Source of the DNA: Callorhinchus milii
Taxonomy: Eukaryota
Direction of reading: 5' to 3'
NCBI RefSeq assembly: GCF_018977255.1
Contig: NW_024704742.1
Coordinates: forward strand, 8,310,001 to 8,374,000
DNA length: 64,000 bases
Part shown: piece by piece, positions 37,500 to 50,865 of the stretch
How the letters are laid out: every line of letters starts with the position of its first letter
How positions within the stretch are numbered: position 1 is the stretch's first letter
Made by a program: the position numbers and the translations under genes
The notes under the pieces: generated by a model
Told to the model about the DNA's origin: nothing
What the model saw: only the letters and a program-made list of their open reading frames with translations
Databases searched by the model: none

Positions 37500-38899
37500 A
37501 CATCTCATCTCCGCGAAGGCAGAGTAAGGCGCTCACTCTCTGTCCAGTGTGTATTGACTGACCATGAGTTGGAGAGTGGGATATTTCGGGTAGTTACCCA
37601 CAATGTTGGGCAAGATTCCTTATGCCACACCTTTACCTAGCAGTAAATAGGAACCCGGTTGTTAGTCCATTAGTGGATCATAACTATTCCAAAAATAAAA
37701 TAAAAATAATAATTTGATCACTCAATCCACAACTGTGTGGGGCACTACTGTGTGCAATTGGCTGCCGAGTTTCGCCCACAAAATAAACAGTCAATTTACT
37801 TTGCAGTATACCCTGTGAAGCACTTTAAGAAATCTCAAAGATGTGTTAAGACGCTAAATCAAATGCAAGGATTATTATATCATCTATGTCCCCTGGTTAC
37901 CAACCCACCTGCCAGTGGAAATGATTTCTCCCTATCTACTCTATCAAAACCCCTCATAATTTTAAACATCTCTATTAAATCTCCCCTTAACCTTAACTCT
38001 TAGAATAATCCCAGCTTCTCTAGTCTGTCCGCATAACTAAAGTCTCTCATCACTGGTACCATTAGACAGAATGAAGCTTTTTAAGATTAATATTCTTTAT
38101 AAACCAAAGTCAGCTAAACTTTTGGAGCAATTATGAGGGATGGGTAGCGATGGGAATGAGTTCATCAGGGACTATGGCTACGAACTCAACAAAGCAACCA
38201 AAGGGCAAAGCTGTGAATGTTTATATGGATTTGTAGGTGTTTGATAAGGTGCCACATGGGAGACTGTGGTTGACATTCAGGACTCATGGGATGGGGGAAA
38301 GGTGGCGGTTTGGATAGGGATGCAATTGTGTTGGGTTTGAAGGTGTGAACAGCAGTGGAGCTAATCACTCTGTTGAAGGCTGAGACAGAAGGTTTGTCCA
38401 GAAAAGACCATCTTATTCTGTTTAGAAATGTCAAAATCGGAATCTGTGAGGAGAGGAACCAAACCTTATGTTCAACAATTCATTTACTTTCTAAGCCAGG
38501 AAGTCATCTCACTTAACATTGATTCAATAAGCAGGTTACTGCAGGCAGGGTATCATTTTCATACATGTAAACTATGTGTGGAATGTAAATCGCTCTAGTA
38601 GAAATTTTGTCTTGCAACTAACTAAACGTTAAACACGCACGGCAGTCTTGGAGGAGTGCTTGATAACATAACAAAACAATAATAAATTGGTCATTTTCAA
38701 TCCATGACTGTTTGTGGGACACTGCTGTGCGCAATTGGCTGCTGCGTTTTGCCCACAAATATACGGTCTTTTCAGTCTATTCTGTGAAGCGCTTTGAGAC
38801 GTCGAAAAGACGTGAAAAGTGCTATATCAAATGCAAGGATTCTTCTTATTCTTATAGACGACATTGTGCTGTTATGCCCTATTGTTATATAATAACAAT

Positions 38900-39290
38900 A
38901 ATCTTTCCATCTGATGTAGTGCCTCATTAGGTCTTTAAGACGTCTCAAAGCGCTTCACACAATATACTGTAAAGTGATTTGCCTGTGGATGAAACGTGGC
39001 AGCAGAATCAGTGACCAATTTTATTTTGGGGGATTGTCAGCCAGGGCATCGGGAGAGAAAAACTCCCTTTTCTGTTCGAATAGTGCTGTGGGATCTTTTA
39101 ACATCCATCTGAACAGGCAGTCAGAACCTTGGTTTAACATCTCATGCGAAGGACAGCAACTTCAACACTGCGACCCACCCCAGCACTGCGCTGCAGTGTC
39201 TTCTTAGACAGTGTGATTCCAAATCGCACCTTGGGGCTTGAACCCACAACCTTCTGACTCAGAGGTGAGAGCACTACCACTGACACACAA
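38900..39290 (-). mobile_element. Older DeuSINE (SacSINE1-like)
   Basis: Minus strand shows a tRNA head (ctctcacctctgagtcagaaggttgtgggttcaagccc) and Deu-domain-like gttaaaagatcccacagcactattcgaa. Confidence 0.7.
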
Positions 39291-40459
39291 TGACAGCTGT
39301 TAACATGTTGGCGCTCATGAAAGAGGCTGATTATAATATTATACAATCATAGAAATGTACAGCACAGAAAGAGGCCACTTGGCTATTGGGTCTGACCTTG
39401 CTGTGTGAAAACACATCTTCCCATGTTCAAACAATTCTCCTGAGCTTTCCTTCTTGTATCATATCTGTGGCCTCTACTCACTGATTCCTCTACCAGTGAG
39501 AACAGCTTCTTCCTACTCACTTTGTCAAAACTCCTCATCATTTGATCCATCTCTACTCAGCTTATCAGATAGAATATTGAATCCAGTATTGGTCATCCCA
39601 CTTTAGGAAAGACATCAAGGCAATAGAGGGGTGCAGAGGAGATTTACTGATGACACACAAATCTACTTTTCCTCCAGCTGCGGCTCCAGGTCCGACGATG
39701 TTTTGTCGGCTTGTCTGGCAGACATTAGGGCCTGGATAAGCGAAAACTTCTTATAGCTAATATTGGCAAGACAGAAACCATACTCCTTGCCTCCCATCAA
39801 CATCTTCTATCCTGTGGATCTGACCTCGTAAACCTCCCCGGCCTATTGTCCAGATTCACTGAACCAGTGCACAATCTTGGCATTAAGTTCAATGTACAGC
39901 TATCTTCCTTCCCCACATCTGGTCCCTGACCAGGAGCACCTTCCTTCACCTGTGTCACATTGCCCCCCTCCGACCGTACCTTACCCTAAGTGCAGCCGAA
40001 ACACTCATCCATGCGTTCCTCACCTCCCGCCTTGACAATTTTTCCTCACTGGTCTCCCCAGCTCCACTGCTGCCTGCATGCTCATCCATAGTAAACTCTG
40101 TACCCCCATCACACCAGTTCTAGCCACTCTCCCCTGAAAGGCTGGAACATTCCGCCTTGCCCCCTCCTTCCTCATCTTCAGATTGCTCTGGAAAACCTTC
40201 CTCTTCGACCTATTGTAACATCCCCCTTTCCCCCACTGGCTTGGCGCAGTACTCCGCCAGTATAACACACAAACTGTAACACATAGTCAATGTCACACAC
40301 ACAATGTAGCACACAGTGTAATTCACGTAGTCAGTGTGACACACACAGTGTAATACACATACAGTCAGTATAACACACACAATCAGTGAACATATGTGGT
40401 GAGTGTCACATGGACAAAGATGAATGCTGTGAGGACAGTGTGTGACTGTTGGATCCTAC

Positions 40460-40616
40460 CTGTGTTTGCTCCAGTAACAATCACAGTTTTCCCAGTGAGT
40501 CTCACTGGACAGTCTTGGGGTTTCCAATAGCCTTTTCTCTGCCACTTGACAACAATAATCAAAATAACCGAAACAAGAAACCAAAGTGGGTGACAGATGA
40601 GAGAAATCCACTCCAT
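40460..40616 (-). CDS. RDH-like SDR exon 1, distal duplicate
   Basis: Coding sequence and donor are identical to 35446-35602, offset by 5014 nt. Confidence 0.75.
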
Positions 40617-41616
40617 AATGTCGTCCTTTCAAATGCCGGTTGCAATACAGTTTCTCTGAAGACTTTACTTCAGTGCAGGTTAATAATTAATATAACAATG
40701 TGTGCAAGCTCAATGTTTAGATTTCAGTTCATCCAAATATCCTGGGACACGGTGCATTACCCTGGAAATCAACAATTTATAGTTGTTCAAACAGTATACG
40801 CAGTTGTCATTTAAGCCATATCTATTCCATGCCCCCAAATAATTTTCCATAGTAAACTCCGTACCCCCATCACACCAGTTCTAGCCACTGCACCTCGTAA
40901 TTCTGGAACACTCTGCTTTGCCCCCTCCTTTCCCCATCTTCAGATTGCGCTGGAAAACCTTCCTCTTCGATCGTGCCTATGGTAACCTCCCCCTTCCCTC
41001 TTGGCTCGGCGTCGTGCTCCGCCAGTCAAGCGCTGTGGTACGCTACCTTTCGCTATATAAATACAAGTTGTTATTGTTACTAAGATGATACCGGGGATGA
41101 GTGGTTTGGCCTCTGAGTGGAGGCTGGAGGAACTAGGGACATTTTTCCACTTGAATAAATGTTGGTTGGCGAGTCAGTGACTGGGGGGCATTCATTTAAG
41201 ATATTTAATAAATAAGTGAATGGGGAGGTTAGGAGAATTTTTTTCACGCAGAGGGAGAAGAAATATTCTTTCTCTTTTTCCTTCCATAGGATTTGGAATG
41301 TCTTGTCAGGAGCAATGTTCAGGTCAGAATCCATAATAGTTTTCAAATGCGAACTAGATCAATATCTAAAAATAAATCAGTTACAGCATATGGGTAAAGG
41401 GCAGGTCAATGAGAATGAAAGAATTGCTCTTAACAGAACAGTACAGACATGTTGAGCCAAATGGCCTTCGTCTGTGCTGTAAATATCTATAAAGTTCTAG
41501 GTCCCCTCTCAACCTTCTCAGCACTAAATTCTCCAATCTCTCTTCATAACTAAAACCTCTCATCTCTGTGATTATTCTCGTGAACCTGATACAAACCCCC
41601 TCCAAGACATTAACTT

Positions 41617-41972
41617 TGGAACCCTGTAGTTAGAGTGGTTAGAGCACTCGCCTTGCAATTGAGAGGCCTGGACACGATTCCCGGTAGGGCAAAATGTTGT
41701 GCAAGTTTCCTTACTCCACACGCCTCTGTTTACTTAGCTGTAAGTAGGAACACGGTTGTCAGTCAATTGGCGGATTACTTTTCCGAGAATAATAATTCCA
41801 TCAAAAAAAATTACATCGGTCACTTCAATCTGACTGTTTGTGGGACACTGCTGTGTGCAATTGGCTGCTGCGTTTTGCCCACAAAATTCCCTTTACAGTA
41901 TATTCTGTGAAGCTCTTTGAGACATCTAGAAGATGTGATAAGGCACTATATCAAATGCAGGAATTATTATTA
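41617..41972 (+). mobile_element. SINE, long subfamily
   Basis: Head, central block, Deu-like core and tail are all present. Confidence 0.82.
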
Positions 41973-42329
41973 ACAACCTTGCTGACCTGAGGGGCCCCAA
42001 ACAGAACAATCTCCAGCTGTGGCCTCACCAATGATGTGTATGATGTCAGCATTATTGCTTTACTGTTGTGCTCTGTGTATACAAATGTAATTTTGTTCTT
42101 GTTGTCACAGCCATTTCCGCTTAAGGTGCCAGGTTTTGTGTTCAAGCCCAACTTCAGGACTTTCAACTCAGAGTTGTAAGTTGTAGTGGGGTCATTGCAA
42201 ACAGCTATTTTACTTAATTACGAGGTTTTTAATAAGATATAGGCATTGGGAAATTAATTGGGGTTAACAAGTTAGTAAAGCATGATCAGCAAAATCTAAC
42301 ATTGTTTACAATGGCGGATGTGCTTAGAC

Positions 42330-42480
42330 CAGGAGTGGGCAATTATTTAGGCTGGCGGGCCACTTCACAAGTTTTGGTAAGCTTCGCGGGCTACAAAGTT
42401 AATATAAATGCAAATGCTTAACAATAGCTCAAAATCAAGTCTTACACTTGTACATGCATAAAATAAAGTCTATGTAACTG
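42330..42480 (+). mobile_element. hAT DNA transposon terminus
   Basis: CAGGAGTGGGCAA terminal motif after CTTAGAC, with subterminal GCGGGCC repeats. Confidence 0.55.
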
Positions 42481-43861
42481 ACATTCATTAAAACTAGGTT
42501 AAATAAAAATAACTCACTGAGCAGACATTTATTCGATAAGAATACGGGTGGGTGTGCCAAGATCAAGGAAAGAGTGAAAAAAACAACTCCATCCTTGAAA
42601 CTGTGTCCATGTCAGATCAGTATAAGAGTTTGGGTTGAAACACAACTTAAGTGTAGAATAAGAGTACTCTAGAGTAAGAAAAGTAAGAGTAAAAACAAAA
42701 GCAGGAAGATTACAACTCTACCCAGAGATCAGGTAATACCGCATATTTTCTCTGTTACTATTCGCTGAAATCTTTGTAAATGTTTGACCTAGTTTATGAT
42801 CTATAAATATCTATGTACAAAGAACTGGTGTCTCCTCCTGAACATTTTATAGGGATTATTACCTCAGGAAAGTGATCCGCCAATCGACTAACAACTGGGT
42901 TCCTACTTACTGCTAGAGAAACAGAGGCATGTGGGGCAAGGAAACTTGCCAAAGTTGTGGCTCTTTCTGGGAATCAAACCTATATCTTCTCACTTGTGAG
43001 GCAAGGGCTCTAAACGCTGAGTTACAGGACTCCACACTATTTTCCAAGCAAACAGGTGGAATTGATGACTGAATGGTGTAAAACTCTAAATATGTTTATT
43101 TCTGTACCAGAGCAGTAATTGCCCTGAGAGGTGAAGGCAAGACAGATGTTAGCGGGAGAGTGTGCTGTGAAGCAGTGCTGATACAGGCCTGATGTGAGGC
43201 CGTTGCTGGCGGAGCAGGGTCCCCATCAGAGGCTCCACACATTCAGACTCCTTGATCTCGTGGGGAGGGGAGGACTCGCAACTGGAGGATCACCTGCTCT
43301 TCCCCTCCATCGTGCCACGCTCTGTGGAGCGAGGCCCACTGGCTCGGGAGCCACACAGCTCCGTGTGGGAGCCACGGGCCCTCAGGCCCATCTCCACCAC
43401 CGTGGCCATGCCGGCACTGTGTGTACANNNNNNNNNNNNNNNNNNNNNNNNNNNNNNCGGATGCCCCGATCTATATTTTTTGTATAGCCGTCCGCCGAAT
43501 GAACTCGCGTTAAAGTATTGAGTGATATCTTTTCTGTGATCTCCTGCAGCTCCCAGTGTCCTGCCCACTCCCTCCACTTCTCCCACTCAGGTCAATGTGT
43601 TTCTCAGCCCCTCTTCCACCATCACTAATCCAGGGTCAGGCACTGTGTCCCTGTTCTCGAACTCTTCCCAAAACCAGTTGCTTTGTGTCTTCTCTTCCTG
43701 CCCCAATGGCCTCTTGTGTAAAAGGTGCTGTAAGTGCAGTGGGTTATATTGGGTTGTGGGGAATCCCAGCTTGTCCTCACCCGGCATCAGGAGACACCAG
43801 GCTGAAGTCCCCCCTATTCCACAGTTACTGAGGGCAATTATAGCCAAACTGTGTATATTGG

Positions 43862-44619
43862 TTAAGCTGTTCTTTGCATCATTTCTATGGGTTTATAAAC
43901 CTTTTCACATGATCGTACCTCAGTCTCCATCATATTAACCACTTTTCGTACCTGTTCAGCAATTCCTGACTTGGATCCGTTGCAACAGTTAAGGATATTC
44001 TTTATTGCAAAGTAAACATCGTACACAACAACAATTGCTAAGAGAAACTGTAAAACAGCCCTCACTGGGTTTACCTTGTGGGTGGCCTCCATGTCAACAA
44101 TGAGGGGAAAAGCACATGAACCACTGGAGAACATCTCAGCTTTACCAGTAGATGGATATCTTCCTGATTTCATGAACAATTGGATTATCCTGTGGAGTTT
44201 ATTGTAGCAATCCGCCATGGCTCTGCTGTCTGTTTTATATTGTTCTATTTCATTCACTCTTATCACTTTCTCTGTTTGTGAAGCAGTGATATTGCCACGA
44301 GCTACAAAGGTGATAACAGTCCCGACTGCAGCTATTACAACTCCCACAATGGTGAGGCTGAGTGTGAACACCAACCTCTTTACCAATATCTTCGCGAATG
44401 TTGTGCCAATGATTATTGCCACAATAATCAGTATCACTCCGGCAATACGCAGTATGGAGCCCAATGGTCAGAGCTGTGTCTGATCTGTGAAGGTGTCGAT
44501 GTGGTCCGCAGCCTCTCGCAGTGCTCTCAGGTGTCCTCCCCTGTTCCCTCCACAGAGAGCTGTGCTTTAAAGCTCTGCACATCATCAGTCCTCTTTGCCA
44601 GCTCAGTGAGGAAGGCTTC
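43862..44619 (-). pseudogene. Apolipoprotein L-like pseudogene, main exon
   Basis: Homology to the neighbouring APOL-like gene is spread over three frames (EAFLTELAKRTDDVQSF / LWREQG / HLRALREAADHIDTF) with an in-frame TGA at 44470-44468. These are followed by the hydrophobic hairpin and an APOL-type C-terminus SKSGIAEQVRKVVNMMETEV. Confidence 0.75.
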
Positions 44620-44999
44620 CTGTGAACACAAAACAACCAACTCTCAGCTACTGCCCACATCACACACAGCACCAGACACAGGGAGCCCAGTGGGGTCAGG
44701 GCAGCCTTTCCCACAGAGGAAAGTAGTTACAGATTTCTGAAGAGAAAGATCATGTGTTCTCTGGAGGGATGAGGGCAGCTCTGTCTCTCTCTCTCTTTGT
44801 CCCTTTAATCGTTGACTCTGCCCTCTATAATCGTATTCGGTGATTTCCAGAAAGCAGGGGATTCAGAGAAGTTATAAAGAGCTGGTCACATGATCATTTT
44901 ATTATTTCCATGTCAGTCTCTCTACTTTTAATATGCTATATATATAATTAGTAAATTAGTAATAATATTTATCAATAAAATAAGAACAGAGAGACTGGG

Positions 45000-45835
45000 C
45001 TTCATATAAATAAATATTTGAAGGTGGCAGGACAAGGGAGATAAAGCTGTTAAAAAAAAGCATACGGGATACTAGGCTTTATAAATAGGGCCATAAAATA
45101 CAAAAGTCAGAAAGTTATGATTAACATTTATAAAACACTGCTAAAGACTGTGTTCAGTTCTGGGCACCACACTTGAGGAAGGATGTCAAGGCATTGGAGA
45201 GGGTGCAAAGGAGATTTACCAGGATGGTAAATAATACTACCCTTGCATTTGATATAGCGCTTTTCACGTCGGGAGGACGTCCTAAAGCGCTTCACAGAAC
45301 ACAATGTAAAGTGAATTGACTGTATATTTGTGGGCGAACGCGGCAGCCAATTGCGCACGCAATGTCCACAAACAGTCGTAGATTGAAAATGACCAATTAT
45401 TATTGTTTGGGGTTTTTGGAGGGATTATTATTAGGCTCTGTGTGGAGTAAGAAAACTTGCCCAAGGTTTCGCCTGGGAATTGTACTCAGTCTCTCGCTTG
45501 CAAAGCGAGTGCTCAAACCACTGAGCTACAGGACTGACAGGACGTCAGTTATGAGGAGAGACTAGAGAAGCCAGGATTATTCTCCTTGGAGCAAAGAAAG
45601 TTAAGAGGAGACTTAATAGAAGTTTTTAAAATGATGAGGGGATTCGATAGTGTGAACAAGGAGAAACTATTTCCACTGGCGTGTGGCTCGGTAACTCGAG
45701 GAATGATTTAAAATAGTTGTTAAAAGAAACGGGAGGGGAAACAAGGGAAATTGTTTTACACAGCGAGTTGTTTGGATCTGGAATGCGTTCCTGAAAGGGC
45801 GGTGGAAGCCAATTTGATAACAACTTTTAAGAGAG
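45000..45835 (+). mobile_element. CR1 3' fragment interrupted by an antisense young SINE (45230-45534)
   Basis: CR1 ...accaggatggta breaks at the SINE and resumes at cagg..gtcagttatgaggagag. Confidence 0.82.
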
Positions 45836-46435
45836 TAGATTTTACATTTTACACCAGCTTCACACTGGGCCTCAGAGATTACCTCTTCCCCAACCCCACC
45901 CAGCCTCCAACTGCTCTCTGTAACCTAAGTGTCAAATCTCGTGTGTGGGAGTGTGGGCATCGCTGACAGGGAGCATTGGTCTCACTCCTGACATCCCCTG
46001 CCCTGCAGTTAGGTTACTTATCCTCTTTTTCTTTGCCCAGGGAGCAAAGTGTTCTTGAGCAGTGAGCCCAGCAGCGTGAGGAGGGAACTGAGCGAGAATT
46101 GTATTTCCACTGGCGGGTGGGTCAGTAACCTGATTGACACCAAATTTAAAATCGTTGTTAAAAGAAACAGAGGGGAGGTGAGGAGATCATTTTTCACACA
46201 GCAAATCATTCAGATCTGGAATGCATTGCCTATAAGGGCGGTGGAAGCTAATTCGATAACAACTTTTAAGAGAGAAGTAGGTAATTATTTGGGGAGAACA
46301 AGTGTGCAGCGCTATGGGGATTGGAATTGATTTGGCAGCTCCTTTCAAAGAGGCGGCACAGACACAATGGGCTGAATGGCCTCTTCTCTGCTGTATATTT
46401 TTATGATTCTATGAAAATAAATACTCTGTAAACAT

Positions 46436-46805
46436 ATAATAACAGTCCTTCTATTTGATATACAGCCTTTTCACGTGTTAGAGACTTGCAAAGCACTCCA
46501 CAAAATATACTGAAAAGTGAATCGACTGTATATTTTATGAGCTGAAAAAGGGGGACAATTGCGTACAGCAGTGTCCTACAAACAGTCGTGGATTGTGTGA
46601 CCAATTATTATTATTATTATTTTTTTAAAAGGATTATTACCTCCGGAAAAGCAATCCGCCAATCAACTGACAACCGTGTTTCTACCTACTGATAGGTAAA
46701 CAGAGGTGTGTGGAGTAAGGAAACTTACTCAAAGTTTCGCACTGCTTGGGAATTGAATCCAGGTCCTCTTGCTTGCAAGGCAAGTGCTCTAATCACTAAG
46801 CTCCA
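46436..46805 (-). mobile_element. SINE, long subfamily
   Basis: Reverse complement of the 3752-4118 architecture. Confidence 0.8.
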
Positions 46806-46902
46806 CTATTAATATAGACGCCGTCCGGCGCGGAAGGCACTATATAAATCCAAGTTGTTGTTGTTGTTAATATTCTAAATTATTCTATTAATTTACATGT
46901 AA

Positions 46903-47005
46903 CTAGTTGTACGCGTTGCAGCTACGCTTGCAATCAAAGGATCCAATACAGAATGTAGATTGATACAGACAGACACACAGACAGACATTTCATCTTTATC
47001 TATAC
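46903..47005 (-). mobile_element. Short non-autonomous Helitron-like element
   Basis: Minus strand: TATAGATAAAG...(GTCT)n at the 5' end; TTGCA..TGCAA hairpin about 10 nt before a terminal CTAG followed by T. Confidence 0.5.
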
Positions 47006-47978
47006 TCATCTGGAAGGACTCCTGTGGGAGGACTTTGTTCCACAGTTTCATTTAATGTGCCTTCTCTCTTTTGTCTAGCATTTTTGCTTATTCTTGAAAA
47101 GTTTGATTTTCACTTAGGCATCTTTATGATGATCAATAGAGATGTATAATTTATAATCACTAGGATGTCCTCCTGACGTGAAAGGTGCTTTAAAGATGCA
47201 ATTTTGTTGTTCCTGCTGCTTAGCTTCATCTGTGTTCTTTATTTTGTTCCCGCTGCCACTTAGCTCCAAGATACAAAGCCTTTCCGATGAGGTATAAAAC
47301 ATGTCTCTACATCAATTTGTTATTGATATACTTCTTGAAGCGCAGACAGACATTGTCGTTTAATTAGTATAGATTACAATATAATTATCTGCCGCCTCTC
47401 AGCCCAGTTCCCCAATCTAACCATCTCCCTCTTCTGTCCAGGTGTCCTGTTATCAGTAACTTAATCCAGAATCCAGGTTTGATCCCCAATTGCAGGTCAT
47501 TATCGTGCAGTAACCACCAGGGACTCCAACACTGAGCCCTGGGCACCTGCCAGTCACTGGCGACATCTCATTCTACTTCGGGAACCACTGCGCTTTACTT
47601 CCTCTGATTCAGGCAACTTCTCATCCACTTTACACGTCCCTCTATCCTGCAGCACTGACAGGTGTGTGGAGCCAGAAACAGACTATTCCCCGCCCCCCCA
47701 CCCCCACGCACCTTGCCATCTCTGAACCTGGATGGGGAGGTGGGGGAATAGAGAGAGAAATAATAATATAATAATACTTGCATTTGATACAGCGCTTTTC
47801 AGATCTTCCAGATGTCTCAAAACACTTCAAAGAATATACTGTAAGGTGTATTGACTGTATATTTGTCGGCTAAACTCAGCAACAAATTGCGCACAGCTAC
47901 AGGACTCCAGTAATCAGATAAAGAGCCAATCAGACAGAGTCGGACGAGAACAAGTAATTGATTCACATCTGTACATAC

Positions 47979-48003
47979 CTGTCCTTAGTGGCGCTGACTG
48001 TGT
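47979..48003 (-). pseudogene. 25-nt mini-exon of the APOL-like pseudogene
   Basis: ACAG|ACACAGTCAGCGCCACTAAGGACAG|GTATGT; paralogous to 57999-58023, including flanking intron. Confidence 0.65.
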
Positions 48004-49321
48004 CTGTTAAATAAGGGAGAAACAAGAGCCATTATTACTGCTTATTATCAGATGCTAAATGACCAACTGGTGACAATGCATCTTGGGGGTAGGGTGTGTG
48101 TCTGGGGTGGGGGAAGCAGGGTCTCGGGGCTGAACAGGCTCCAAGGTGACATGTTTGGGAATGGAATTTAGTCCATCCTATAATAATAATTCTTGCAATT
48201 GATACAGAGCCTTATCATGTCTTCGAGACGTCTCAAAGCGCTTCACAGAATATACTGTAAAGGGAATTGACAGTATATTTTTTGAGTGAAATGCCCACAC
48301 TGTGATGATCTCTCGTCCGGTTCCTGAGCCTGGCAGGTCCACAGTATTCAAGGGCACTGCTGATGACAGCACAGCACAGCCTGGCTGACTGGCAGGATCT
48401 GGAAGGGCAGACCATTCACTGGGGGCAGAGACTCTTCACACTCAGATCCTGTTCACCCTGCAAAGCCCTAATGAATAGAATGGTCCTACCTGAAGAAACA
48501 GTGGGAAGCTTCCCACACGGTGCTCTCAATGGCAAACTGTGATTTTAGCTGATTAAACTCCAGCAGTTACCTTAACACACAGTCTAGAGTCCCAAAGGCT
48601 TGGCTCTCACCAGCCTTTGCCTAATTCTCTCCAGAATTAGATAAGCAGTGGGTGTCCATCCAGGGAGAGAGTGTGCATTCCATTCCAGACATGGAAATTT
48701 TCACCTATGTGGATACTCAGTTTAGTTTGGAGACTCTTAAGCACAGCAATGGGTTTCCGCGTGTGTCAGAGACACTGCTGACCAAAACAAATTGTATATG
48801 TATTTATATTTTGAATTTGCGGGGCCATGGGGTAAGTTTGGGGGAGTGGGACTAGTTGGATAGCTCTTTCAAAGAGCTGGCACAGGCACGATGAGCCGAA
48901 TGGCCTCCTTCTGTGCTGTAAGATTCTAAGATTCTATGTGATTTTTTACCAAATATCGAGGTGTAGATTTATAGCCCCAGCTGGCCAAAGGGTTAAGTTG
49001 GAGCTGGAGAGCAGGCAGGAGGTATAGACAGAGAGGTCCAGAGGTGAGAAGGTGCTGGTGGAGTCTCGCATAATGGTTTCTGCTTTGGTCAGTTACAGAA
49101 AGTTGAGGCTCATCCAGGATTTGACGTGAGCCGCTATCTGTCAGGACAGTGAGAGCCGGGAGTTGAGGGCCACATCCAGATACATGTTGAAGTTGATCTT
49201 GCGCCCCTGTGGATGGCATTACTGAGGGAGAAGAGGATTACAGGGGAATAATAATAATATTAGATAATAATTCTGGGAGGACAGGCTTGCAGGCTATGGG
49301 GAGAGCGCGGTGGAGTAGGAT

Positions 49322-50132
49322 TCAATTGGAAGCGCTTTTCAAATAGCCGGCACAGAAACGATGGGCCGAATGGCCTCCTTCAGTGCTGTATAATTTTATG
49401 ATTCTTTGATAATAATCCTTCCTTTTGATATAGCACCTTATCACATTGTTCAGATGTCTCACCGTGGGTGACTGAGAAAGGGAAGCAACTATGACTGTAC
49501 CTTCCAGATGTTTATAAATCTCTTCATACGCCATCACTTCATTCTCCATCACTTCAGCCACACCGTGAATATGTTTAGCAGCATCTGCCCTGGCTCCACA
49601 GTTGAGATTATGAACATCGTTTACTCTGGAGATCAGATCCGATGCAATAAATAATCCTGTCTGAGCTGCTGACCCGGCCCTGGATGTCACTGACACCTGT
49701 TTGCTTATTGTTTCAGCCACAGCAGCAAATACAGCCAAGTGTTCAGTGAGACTCTCAGCTCCACCAGGAAATGTAATATCTGATTTCTTACTATATTGCT
49801 TCAAGATCCGAACTGCTCGTGAGAGTTTTGTGTAACACTCTGCCATTTCTCTGCTGTCCTTTGTATATTGTTCCCTGATATCATTAACCCTTTTCTGTCT
49901 CAGTGTTTGGGTTACAGTGTCCGTGTCAAAAGCTGCAGTGTTGTCAGCCCCACCAGCCACACTCTGGCCGACTCCCACTCTCGGGCCAGGTTTGTGAATC
50001 GAGTAAATGCTGTCTGCGATCTCTCGTAGGTCTCTGATGTAGCTGATCATCCACACTCTCCACATAGGGAACAAGGTGACAAAATCTTTCAAATCCTCCT
50101 TCCTCTGTTCAACCTCAGCTTTGTAAGATTTC
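49322..50132 (-). CDS. Apolipoprotein L-like protein, main exon 3 (model 59574-59553, 58023-57999, 50132-49322; 285 aa)
   Basis: KSYKAEVEQRKEDLKDFVTLFPMWRVWMISYIRDLREIADSIYSIHK resembles the APOL F...FP...I..LR..AD.I..H segment. C-terminal GARADAAKHIHGVAEVMENEV...YEEIYKHL. AG acceptor at 50134-50133; frame open. Confidence 0.8.
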
Positions 50133-50865
50133 CTGTTAATATTAGAAACTCAATTAGAAACCCAGCTCAGAGGAAGGCCCAAGGAACCTGCCTTTTTCAC
50201 CATCGTCTCCTCCCTCTTCCCCACAAAATATAAAAAGAATACTGGGAAAAGAGCAAACTGGTATGGTTATGGCTTGGATTGAACCCTAATAAAATGAGTA
50301 ACAGCTGTGTTCTTACAGGGTGTCAGAAGAAAACTGAATTGGACAGGAAATAACTACTGTACGCAATTAGAAATGGAGAGTGAAAGAAGCAAAATGCATT
50401 CTGCATCGAGGGAGTCAATTAAATATCGAGGGGTATGTAAATACCGAGACCATTGACATCAATGGGAAGCTTGAGTCACAATTGGCACTGGTTTGAGCGG
50501 GATTTCACTAGTACAGCCACAAAGACAACAAATTACTATAGTTTTGAATGTAGCAGAAGAGGAATGACAATATTTTAAGACTTTGGAAGGGGGTATCAAA
50601 TGCCATTACAGGACGTGATGAATATTAAGTGGTGCGGTGCTGTGCATAAAACAATGTGAAGATTGAGCAATACAAATTTGTCACCAAAAAACAAGAGCGA
50701 GTGGAACTGTTCACACAATATTTTATGGCACAGTGCTCCCCATTTTTGTGGGCGAAATGCAGTAGCCAACTGTGTACAGCAGTATCCCGCAAAAACATTT
50801 TTTGAGGGATTATTATACCCGGTAAAACGATTCACAAATCGACAAACAATTGGGTTCCTACTTAC

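Noticed and set aside
43458..43520. Compositionally odd sequence next to N gaps (also ~7265-7480 and 62234-62300)
   Set aside because: Too short, and likely low-quality contig ends; no support for foreign DNA.
48488..48540. Possible first exon of the APOL-like pseudogene (CAG|GTAGG on the minus strand)
   Set aside because: No in-frame ATG and no similarity to the paralog's exon 1; cannot be supported.
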